From positions 1-59,936 of IMG/VR virus record IMGVR_UViG_3300045988_033553: a stretch of DNA of 59,936 nt, one strand, 5' to 3'. Shown here piece after piece: positions 43,975 through 50,833 of this stretch. Below the pieces are notes generated by a model. The model ran no database searches. It saw only the letters and a program-made list of their open reading frames with translations, and was not told the DNA's origin. Position numbers and translations under genes: made by a program. The DNA is from a virus. Position 1 is the stretch's first letter; each line of letters starts with the position of its first letter.

Positions 43975-44046
43975 TTTCTTTAGCAGGATTCGAACCTGCG
44001 AATACTGGAATCAAAATCCAGTGCCTTACCGCTTGGCGATAGCGCT
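43975..44046 (-). pseudogene. tRNA-Gln(UUG)-like with a non-complementary acceptor stem
   Basis: TC-GCCAAGCGGTAAGGC-A-CTGGA-TTTTGAT-TCCAG-ATTC-GCAGG-TTCGAAT-CCTGC is canonical Gln, but 5' AGCGCTA versus 3' TAAAGAA pair at only 3 of 7 positions. Confidence 0.5.
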
Positions 44047-44055
44047 ATATTAACA

Positions 44056-44385
44056 CTACTTTTCCGGCATGTAATAGACCATGTTATCAAATACAGTTAT
44101 TCCCATACAAGGATCATTCATCTCAACGCATCTGATCGATATGTTTTTAGATACTGCAAACATTTCGGCCACCTGTTGTTTATCCATGTTTGTGCTAATA
44201 ACTTGAAAAGCCGAAAATGCCTTGTGCATATCAGAGAATACTTCTTTTTCTCTACCTAAATTTGCATACGTCCCAATGGTAAACGTTTTTCCATCAACCA
44301 TAGCAGTTATCATTCCATGATTTGCTGTGAATACCGCTCGGTCAAAATCAAGCGAAACGTCTTTGCTTTGTGATACTACTCTCAT
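44056..44385 (-). CDS. hypothetical protein, 109 aa
   Basis: Intact ORF. Confidence 0.5.
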   Translation of the reverse strand: MRVVSQSKDVSLDFDRAVFTANHGMITAMVDGKTFTIGTYANLGREKEVFSDMHKAFSAFQVISTNMDKQQVAEMFAVSKNISIRCVEMNDPCMGITVFDNMVYYMPEK

Positions 44386-44502
44386 ACTTTTCCATCCAAT
44401 CTCTTTTTGTTTTTGAGGATATTTAAAGGACTTAGTAGTGCTGATTTTCTCAACCTATCAAACCCCCTCCCCATCCATGCCGAATCATGCTTTGAACATT
44501 GA

Positions 44503-44637
44503 TAAATTGTTTGAATTGTTCGTTAAATTCCATTCGTATTTTACAACTATTCGCAAAACCCTTGTTTTGTGTAATGTATCAACGATTTAATGCGCCTTAA
44601 GACCATTAAACACTGGGCTTTAAATTGTTTGAATTGT
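44503..44637. repeat. Two perfect 17-bp direct repeats TAAATTGTTTGAATTGT, 118 bp apart, just downstream of terS
   Basis: Copies at 44503-44519 and 44621-44637. Confidence 0.9.
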
Positions 44638-44659
44638 CTATTGCGTTTTCTCGCTGTTT

Positions 44660-45271
44660 TCAATCAGAATTGTCGGAGTTGTTCGGCAATCCTATACAAT
44701 TATTATCCCCAAGATGTGGCAGTTCTTCGGCTGTCAACGCTCTTGCTCTGGACCCCTGATCTCTAACGCCCGGCATATTGAAACCGCAATACTTGTTGAG
44801 TGACGGCATGTAGTTCATGGGGTTCCCTTTGCCGGAAACTTGTAAACCTACCAAACTTTCCTCACGCATTTCGTCAAGTTTTTTGCAGATGTCGGAACCT
44901 GATGAGCCTAGCTGCACGCCATTGACCCATCCATTTAATGTATCTCTATGTATTCCGGCAAAGAATGTAAACCCAACAATATTCACTACTTTCTCGTAGT
45001 CATTGCACAGGTCTATATATATATCTAATACCTCGTTAACCTTATCTGTATCATAGGCATTATTTATATTATTATCATCCTTTAAGTACTTTGGATTAAC
45101 TTTAAATACATTCTCATAGATATATTTACAACAGTTATACCATCTGTTCTGTGACACTTTACACATATCCTCTACATGTCTCTCTTCCATCCAGAGATTT
45201 ATATACATGTCAATGTCATCTTTAAAAACATCAACTGTATTATTTACTTCCTGCATTTTAACTGCTGACAT
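44660..45271 (-). CDS. terS: terminase small subunit, putative
   Basis: 203 aa. FFAGIHRDTLNGWVNG (HTH-like) ... GKGNPMNYMPSLNKYCGFNMPG resembles the Terminase_2-type C-terminal pattern. Confidence 0.55.
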   Translation of the reverse strand: MSAVKMQEVNNTVDVFKDDIDMYINLWMEERHVEDMCKVSQNRWYNCCKYIYENVFKVNPKYLKDDNNINNAYDTDKVNEVLDIYIDLCNDYEKVVNIVGFTFFAGIHRDTLNGWVNGVQLGSSGSDICKKLDEMREESLVGLQVSGKGNPMNYMPSLNKYCGFNMPGVRDQGSRARALTAEELPHLGDNNCIGLPNNSDNSD

Positions 45272-45445
45272 GTTATATATCTCCTCTCTCCAGTACTGGA
45301 ATACTTAAAATAAAAAATGCAACTGATACAATCAGATCATGATGATCTCGACTGTACCGGCTGCATGAAGTCCGTTTCTTTCGGGACCTCGACGGCTGCC
45401 GCCGCCCGTTGCCCGAATGCGTTTTTAATTTAATAAAACAATATC

Positions 45446-45682
45446 ATTCTATCATTTTCTTGTCAAGGTATATTTTAAAATTAAATTTTAAGCCTGTATA
45501 TTATATATATTATTTATATAAATATACTGCCTTATTTATAATATATATTTTTAATATTACAAGAGAGAATATAATCTTTCTCTAACTCTAGTGTCTATAT
45601 CTACGTTGCAAAAATGTTGCAATTTGTTGCAAGAGTGTTGCAACGCAACAAAACTAATACTATTCTATCATTTTACCTTGTC
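45446..45682. promoter_or_regulatory. ori-like region: >80% AT tract, then 4 phased TTGCA(A) iterons, bracketed by a ~20-bp direct repeat
   Basis: TTGCA starts at 45606, 45617, 45627 and 45638 (11/10/11 bp). ATTCTATCATTTT..CTTGTC at 45446-45464 and 45662-45682. tctatatctacgttgca mirrors 6381-6399. Confidence 0.55.
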
Positions 45683-45773
45683 CGTAATAAAATTATCATT
45701 CTTGAAATTTTGTAAAATTCTTACAAAGATTTTCTACGTTTTACACAAAAAAAGACGGCTATATTTCAAGCCG

Positions 45774-46283
45774 TCAAAATTTTTTAACCAACGCCACCAG
45801 ATATTCCTTTTTCAAGAAAAACCTGTTTATTTTATCCGGTGCATCGTGATTTTCTTTTATGAAATTTTCAGCGGCTTTTCTTACCGCTGCCGCATCCGCC
45901 TTATTAATATAAAGCCCTAAATGATGATTTTTACCGGAAAATTTAATCTGTGCACACCATTTGTCACTCTTTTTATAATAATAAACGCCCTTTATACCGG
46001 ATGAATTGTTTTTATTATCCGGGGCGTTGTATGAATTTAAGCAACTACCTTTTTCGTGTACAAGTTTATCCCTTGCGATGCTGATCGACTCCGCGGCGCG
46101 TTCACGCTTGAGACAACCGCATGACTGCACATAACCGCCAGTTAAACGTGACGTGATATAAAAACATTCATTGCCACAAGAACAGGCGCACCGCCATAAT
46201 GTGCGCCCGTTCTTGTCCTTACCGGCTTTTTCAACAACCTTAAGACGCCCTGTTTCAAACCCTTTCAAATCAACCTTTTTCAT
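45774..46283 (-). CDS. AP2-domain DNA-binding protein with an N-terminal Cys cluster
   Basis: GIKGVYYYKKSDKWCAQIKFSGKNHHLGLYINKADAAAVRKAAE is a typical AP2/integrase DNA-binding domain. Confidence 0.7.
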   Translation of the reverse strand: MKKVDLKGFETGRLKVVEKAGKDKNGRTLWRCACSCGNECFYITSRLTGGYVQSCGCLKRERAAESISIARDKLVHEKGSCLNSYNAPDNKNNSSGIKGVYYYKKSDKWCAQIKFSGKNHHLGLYINKADAAAVRKAAENFIKENHDAPDKINRFFLKKEYLVALVKKF

Positions 46284-46286
46284 TTT

Positions 46287-46631
46287 TTATCTCTCATTTT
46301 CAAGACGTGCCGCAATGTATTCCAGCACTTCTTTCTTTATATCCGCCCACTCTTTACCGTCGATATAAATATACTTATCGCAGCTCTCCCCGGAACCCGT
46401 CGGGGAATGATCTGAAATTCTCAGATCGAAGCTGTCAAGATAATCGCCGTTTTCGTTCTGTATCTCGACGTTGATATAATTACTCATGCCGTAACATCTG
46501 GATGATTCATGATAACATGAGACGTTTTTAAACTTTCTTTCAATCTGTCCCGGCAATGCCTCACATCTTTTTTCAAGGTATGATCTACATGTCTGGTATC
46601 TGTTTTTTAACGTATCAGTGTCAAATCTCAT
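46287..46631 (-). CDS. hypothetical protein, 114 aa
   Basis: Intact ORF. Confidence 0.5.
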   Translation of the reverse strand: MRFDTDTLKNRYQTCRSYLEKRCEALPGQIERKFKNVSCYHESSRCYGMSNYINVEIQNENGDYLDSFDLRISDHSPTGSGESCDKYIYIDGKEWADIKKEVLEYIAARLENER

Positions 46632-46690
46632 ATCCGTTCCCTCCTGTGTACTGGTTCATTGCCTTTCGACAAGATTATAATACACCGTCT

Positions 46691-47098
46691 ATAATGTAAT
46701 GTCAATATATTTTTACATTATTTTTAAAGTATTTATTTTTCTGCATTTTCCACATATTTTATAATGTTTCCAGGCTGCACATCCAGTAGAGCACAGATTT
46801 TTTCTAATGCAATTATTCCGACCATCTCGCCGCGCCTTAATGACTGAATCGCGTTTTCTCCAAGCAGCTTTTCTTTTCTTAGACGCGTTGTATTATAACC
46901 GCTTTCCTTTAATGTCTCTAGCACATCTATTTTATAAGTAAGCACAGTTTAACACCTCTCTTTCATATAAAACAGTATACATTATTTTAAAATTGCTTTC
47001 AAGTATGTTTACATTATAAATAATGCACAAAAATCATTCTTTGTTTATACATTATTTTTGGTGTATTTGTGTATTGCAATTACACCGTTTATAATGTA
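46691..47098. promoter_or_regulatory. Array of six copies of the 8-mer TACATTAT / ATAATGTA flanking the 70-aa HTH gene
   Basis: ATAATGTA at 46691 and 47091; TACATTAT at 46714, 46978, 47010 and 47048. A 17-bp repeat ACACCGT(C/T)TATAATGTA occurs at 46683 and 47082. Confidence 0.6.
46733..46945 (-). CDS. XRE/Cro-type HTH DNA-binding protein, 70 aa
   Basis: NTTRLRKEKLLGENAIQSLRRGEMVGIIALEKICALLDVQPGNIIKY is HTH-like. Confidence 0.6.
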   Translation of the reverse strand: MLTYKIDVLETLKESGYNTTRLRKEKLLGENAIQSLRRGEMVGIIALEKICALLDVQPGNIIKYVENAEK

Positions 47099-47148
47099 TT
47101 ATAATCTCAACAGGAAAGCAAAAAACACAAAAACAGGAGGGAACGATC

Positions 47149-47301
47149 ATGAAAGTTAAAATTAAAATTGAGGGAAAGATAAATGATACTTACACTTTTC
47201 AGCAACCAGAAGAGGGAAATATCCTTGACGAGCTGAAGGCGATCATCGAAGAAATGAAAGCCGGAAGAATTGATAAAGTAGAAATTGAGAGGGAGGTGTA
47301 A
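47149..47301 (+). CDS. small acidic hypothetical protein, 50 aa
   Basis: Hand translation MKVKIKIEGKINDTYTFQQPEEGNILDELKAIIEEMKAGRIDKVEIEREV; RBS AGGAGGG. Confidence 0.45.
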   Translation: MKVKIKIEGKINDTYTFQQPEEGNILDELKAIIEEMKAGRIDKVEIEREV

Positions 47302-47303
47302 AC

Positions 47304-47504
47304 ATGAGAGGAACAGGATTATTTATTAATTGGGAATCAGGAAATAAAAACAGTAATGCGATTCAGGAATTTGAAAAAAACGGCATCAACTGGGAATATA
47401 ACCACTTTGGAACACTTACAGCCGACTTTTACGGTATCGGGATTTTTGAAAAGGTCGATTTTGAACATATCCAAGGCGATGTGTTTGAAATCTGCATAGC
47501 ATAG
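47304..47504 (+). CDS. hypothetical protein, 66 aa
   Basis: ATG 2 nt after the previous stop; GGGAGGTG RBS. Confidence 0.5.
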   Translation: MRGTGLFINWESGNKNSNAIQEFEKNGINWEYNHFGTLTADFYGIGIFEKVDFEHIQGDVFEICIA

Positions 47505-47582
47505 CCGAAACGCTCCGATCTGGAGCGTCAGCCGCGGGATGGTCGCCGTGGCTCTGATGATGGCAGACCAGAAAGGGAAAAT

Positions 47583-47900
47583 ATGAGAACATACGAGCAG
47601 GATTTGAAAGAGCTTAATATTTCAGCAGAAGAATTTGATAACATAATTTCACACATTTACGATAAAACAGCCGATGAAATGGCGGTACTTGCTAAGGCGA
47701 TTAAAAGCGGCGCGGCTGTTCTCCCGACTGTAAAAAGAGCATTTGAGCGCGTTCTTGCAATTAGACAGGCAGAAAGACAGGAAGCATATAACATTTATTA
47801 TAACGATTTAAATACTATGTGTCATAGCTGTAAAAAATGCGGTATAAGTTGTAACGGTACAATTTGTAAAGCTTGGACTGGTTGCGCAATGAAAAATTAA
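47583..47900 (+). CDS. hypothetical protein, 105 aa, with a C-terminal Cys cluster
   Basis: RBS AAAGGGAAAAT; CHSCKKCGISCNGTICKAWTGC. Confidence 0.5.
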   Translation: MRTYEQDLKELNISAEEFDNIISHIYDKTADEMAVLAKAIKSGAAVLPTVKRAFERVLAIRQAERQEAYNIYYNDLNTMCHSCKKCGISCNGTICKAWTGCAMKN

Positions 47901-47989
47901 GTCGAAACGGCGGAAGCTGCCGCCGTCTGCAGGAACTGCCCCACCTGCACCGATGAGACAGGGCACACAATGAAAGGATGGTTGATCGT

Positions 47990-48160
47990 ATGAATAAATT
48001 AGAAGAAGCTGAGAAAGCATTTTTGAAAGTTAGGAATTATTTTTTAGAAACTCGAGAAGATTTCGCGCTGGCGAAGGCATATAGCAAGCCATGGAAGTGG
48101 TACAGAGAACACACAACAGACGAAGCTGTCGAGATTTTAAGAGCGGAAGCAAACGCATAG
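47990..48160 (+). CDS. hypothetical protein, 56 aa
   Basis: Start at MNKLEEAEK, preceded by GAAAGGATGG. Confidence 0.45.
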   Translation: MNKLEEAEKAFLKVRNYFLETREDFALAKAYSKPWKWYREHTTDEAVEILRAEANA

Positions 48161-48202
48161 GCAAGCGGCGGCGTTTACCGGGGTTCGATTCCCCGGCTTG
48201 CC
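48160..48202 (+). ncRNA. tRNA acceptor/T-arm minihelix-like element
   Basis: GGCAAGC-12 nt-CGGGG-TTCGATT-CCCCG-GCTTGCC: a 7-bp acceptor-like stem stacked on a canonical 5-7-5 T arm, with no D or anticodon arms. Confidence 0.45.
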
Positions 48203-48246
48203 TTTATCCGGATAGCCGGAAAATTTTAGAATACGGAGGATTCAAA

Positions 48247-48435
48247 ATGATTTATCAGAACGGAGCACAGACAGTTTTTCAAATCACATGCATGGGAAGT
48301 GTTTACAGTGTTAAAGATGGATTTTTTAGAAATGACGGCAACGGAACGGACTTTGAAACGTTTAACGATGCATGGGAAGTTTTCAAAACGCTTCAAGAAT
48401 GGGAACAAAGCGCCGCAGAAATAGAGGAATTTTAA
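48247..48435 (+). CDS. hypothetical protein, 62 aa
   Basis: Start at MIYQNGAQ, preceded by ACGGAGGATTCAAA. Confidence 0.5.
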   Translation: MIYQNGAQTVFQITCMGSVYSVKDGFFRNDGNGTDFETFNDAWEVFKTLQEWEQSAAEIEEF

Positions 48436-48457
48436 GCCGGAATCATCCCGGCTTTTT
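48435..48457 (+). terminator. rho-independent terminator of the plus-strand small-ORF operon
   Basis: AGCCGG-aatcatc-CCGGCT followed by TTTTT. Confidence 0.6.
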
Positions 48458-48480
48458 CCAGTGCCCGGATATATTGCAGC

Positions 48481-48509
48481 TTGACAAGGTGCGCGCTCAG
48501 TCATATAAT
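48481..48509 (+). promoter_or_regulatory. perfect consensus promoter TTGACA-17 bp-TATAAT
   Basis: Hexamers at 48481-48486 and 48504-48509, with an exact 17-bp spacer. Confidence 0.7.
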
Positions 48510-48515
48510 GACGTT

Positions 48516-48757
48516 TAAGCAGACGCGTATAAGCCATTTTAAGGCTTGTGCAAGGAAATGCAGTACTTTTATATATACACAGCACGAAACGCCTGTAAAT
48601 CGCTTTTACGACGTCGCGAACCTGTAAATGCTGCGTTTATCTTGTCCGGGCACGCTCCACCAGCAGACATCCGGGGCGCGTCTGGAGACATCACCGGCAG
48701 ACCGCCAGGGTGTGAAAATTCTGATTTCTGATTTCAAATTCGAGCCGTTTTCCAAGA
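48516..48757 (+). ncRNA. candidate phage ncRNA (GC-rich, structured, no credible ORF)
   Basis: Lies downstream of the consensus promoter. 8-bp long-range pair CAGACGCG (48520-48527) / CGCGTCTG (48677-48684), nested GAAACGC/GCGTTT helix, CCTGTAAAT x2. The only ORF lacks a usable RBS. Confidence 0.4.
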
Positions 48758-48793
48758 AGAAAAAAATTCAAAAGTTGAAAATGAGATTCCAAC
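48758..48793 (-). terminator. rho-independent terminator of the DUF4417 operon
   Basis: Minus-strand GTTGGAA-TCTCAT-TTTCAAC followed by TTTTGAATTTTTTT. Confidence 0.55.
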
Positions 48794-48854
48794 TGTGAAA
48801 AGACAATATGCACAGTAAATTATTATGCGTCATTTCGCAACTTGTGAAATTTGA

Positions 48855-49601
48855 CTAATTCGCTCTCTTCTCTTTCTCTGGCTCTCGGTCTGTTTCTGTT
48901 TTTTCTGTGATTTTGTTGTTCTTGTTCCCATTCGAAAATTCCTCATTTACTTTCTGGTTGCGTGATTTGTAATTTACAATCTTTACATCTGTGTTCAATT
49001 CATCCGGTATCTTCCCGACGATCAACACTGTATGCGGTTGTAGCCTGTCTGTCATTACTTTGAATCCCTCGCAAAACTCAATCCGAGCTGCCTTTGCCCG
49101 AACTCTTCCATTTGTGCATACAGCGATCACACCGCCTTTACTGTACCCGGCAAAGCAAAGATCATAATTGTCTTTGTCCGGGATGCCTACGGACGGTATA
49201 ACACGGATCCCGTTCAGCAGCATATAATGTGCAAGCGCATGGTTCCGGTACACGTTATATAGATTCAAAGCAAACGGCATACCACAATCGCCTGTAGCAA
49301 TACTAAAATCCGGCATACAGACCGAGTGGAAACACTTCAAGTGCTCCAGGTATTTATCCGGGTTATTCCACAGTCTTTGAAACTTTGAATCGTCAATATA
49401 AAAGTTTACATTTAATTTCTTATGCCCTTTTATCTTTTGTGAAAAGCTCTCTCCAAAATCTATGGAGTCCTCCGGCAAATAATCCAAGCTGCATGCCGGG
49501 ACAATCGGGATCTGATATTTTTCATCAAGCTCCGCTCCATAGATCATATATTCTTTCATAACATCAAAAGATGTATGACATCCATTGTACAATACTATCA
49601 C
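48855..49601 (-). CDS. DUF4417 domain protein
   Basis: FYIDDSKFQRLWNNPDKYLEHLKCFHSVCMPDFS...YNVYRNHALAHYMLLNGIRVIPSV matches my recollection of the DUF4417 pattern. Confidence 0.6.
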   Translation of the reverse strand: MIVLYNGCHTSFDVMKEYMIYGAELDEKYQIPIVPACSLDYLPEDSIDFGESFSQKIKGHKKLNVNFYIDDSKFQRLWNNPDKYLEHLKCFHSVCMPDFSIATGDCGMPFALNLYNVYRNHALAHYMLLNGIRVIPSVGIPDKDNYDLCFAGYSKGGVIAVCTNGRVRAKAARIEFCEGFKVMTDRLQPHTVLIVGKIPDELNTDVKIVNYKSRNQKVNEEFSNGNKNNKITEKTETDREPEKEKRAN

Positions 49602-49616
49602 CCCAAAAACATTTTA

Positions 49617-49766
49617 CTATTTTTCTCCTTGACAAACAACTTCTTTTGTGAAAAGCAAAGAACGTGCGGCGTAATCACTTCTGCTTAGTTCATTTATCAG
49701 CTTTTCCCTTGTCATTTCCGGGTTTGTTCTGTGAATATACCGCAGCAATTCATCTATTTTGTCCAC
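49617..49766 (-). CDS. small hypothetical protein, 49 aa (GTG start overlapping the upstream stop)
   Basis: Hand translation VDKIDELLRYIHRTNPEMTREKLINELSRSDYAARSLLFTKEVVCQGEK; RBS GGAGGG. Confidence 0.35.
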   Translation of the reverse strand: MDKIDELLRYIHRTNPEMTREKLINELSRSDYAARSLLFTKEVVCQGEK

Positions 49767-50086
49767 TATGCTGCCCTCCAATCAATGTTTGCCATCAAAT
49801 CATCCAGCAAATAAATTAAATCTGCCCCATACAGGCTTATCCAGTCCGCAAGATACTCTTCCTGCTCAATTGGCATATGAATGTTATAGGAAAAACAAAA
49901 ACAATGGCAAAGCTCATGAGCCAGTATTTTGCGCAAATAGCCATTTTTCGGTTTATCTGAAACATATATAGCCCTGTCGTTCCAATCGGTCACAGCAAGG
50001 CTGGTAGAGCCATCAGAGCGCATCAGCTTTCCGCTTGCACTGTGAACAAATTCTATTTTCCATTCAATACCATTTATTAAAAACAT
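49766..50086 (-). CDS. HExxH zinc-metalloprotease-like protein (ImmA/IrrE- or SprT-like)
   Basis: 106 aa; LAHELCHCF motif after a beta-rich N-terminus. Confidence 0.5.
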   Translation of the reverse strand: MFLINGIEWKIEFVHSASGKLMRSDGSTSLAVTDWNDRAIYVSDKPKNGYLRKILAHELCHCFCFSYNIHMPIEQEEYLADWISLYGADLIYLLDDLMANIDWRAA

Positions 50087-50159
50087 ATTTTACCTCCAAA
50101 AAAGAAACCACCAGCCAAATATCAGCTAGTGGTTTCTAAATTCATGCTTATTTTACCTT

Positions 50160-50822
50160 TTATTCTTCAATAAGTAGGTAATTGATGTATCTTGTCGCCG
50201 TATCGTTGAGGTCTCTATTAAAATCAAGCAGATCAAGAGCGTATTCCGGTGGATATCCATAACTGGCGTAATATGCCTTTTCGATTGCGCGTAAGTTGTG
50301 CAGATCCGATAATTCCACGAGAATCTTGTGATATAAAAATTTTCGAGTCCAACCAAACCGTTCTAGGATTATACTTAACTTCCAGTTGTTCTTTGAAAAC
50401 CATGTTTCCGTTTCATGTTTCCATCGAATCTCCCAGTGCTCAAACGGGTCTTTCTCCGTAATTGCAGGGTGCGGTTTTTTCAGCGCTTGTTCCATGTCGT
50501 GGAATCGTTTCACATATCGAGCAGTAAAGACAATTCCCTTTTCCCCGTTAAATTTGTTTGCGAGGAACTCACATCCCATGCGGGTTACTTTGTAGCATGG
50601 CATCTCCTTATTTTGTTCAGATAAGTATGTAGACGGTATAAAATAGTCGGTAACAACAATTTTGTTGTCTCCTAAAATTTGTATAATTCCTTTGATTTTT
50701 TTCGTTCCGTCCAGCTTTCTTAAAATCTGCCAGTGAGGCATTTCCATCATGTCCGCAATGTCGATAGTTGTCAGTGTCAGTTCTTCTTTATTTTCTGAAA
50801 TCTGAATATCGTTCATCAGCAA
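50160..50822 (-). CDS. Rha-family phage regulatory protein
   Basis: LTTIDIADMMEMPHWQILRKL...YKVTRMGCEFLANKFNGEKGIVFTARYVKRFHDME fits the Rha pattern. Confidence 0.65.
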   Translation of the reverse strand: MLMNDIQISENKEELTLTTIDIADMMEMPHWQILRKLDGTKKIKGIIQILGDNKIVVTDYFIPSTYLSEQNKEMPCYKVTRMGCEFLANKFNGEKGIVFTARYVKRFHDMEQALKKPHPAITEKDPFEHWEIRWKHETETWFSKNNWKLSIILERFGWTRKFLYHKILVELSDLHNLRAIEKAYYASYGYPPEYALDLLDFNRDLNDTATRYINYLLIEE

Positions 50823-50833
50823 ATCTCCCTCTC

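Noticed and set aside
48516-48690. Retron-like ncRNA idea: 5'/3' inverted repeats CAGACGCG/CGCGTCTG resembling a1/a2.
   Set aside because: No reverse transcriptase ORF exists anywhere in the genome. The YIDD string in 48855-49601 sits in a DUF4417-type context, not among RT motifs. The region is kept only as a generic structured-RNA candidate.
48226-48731. 119-aa minus-strand ORF (48226-48585) and 61-aa plus-strand ORF (48546-48731).
   Set aside because: The minus ORF is antisense to a well-supported small gene and the terminator. The plus ORF starts with a non-ATG codon or has an AGGA only 2 nt from its ATG. The region is treated as an RNA candidate instead.
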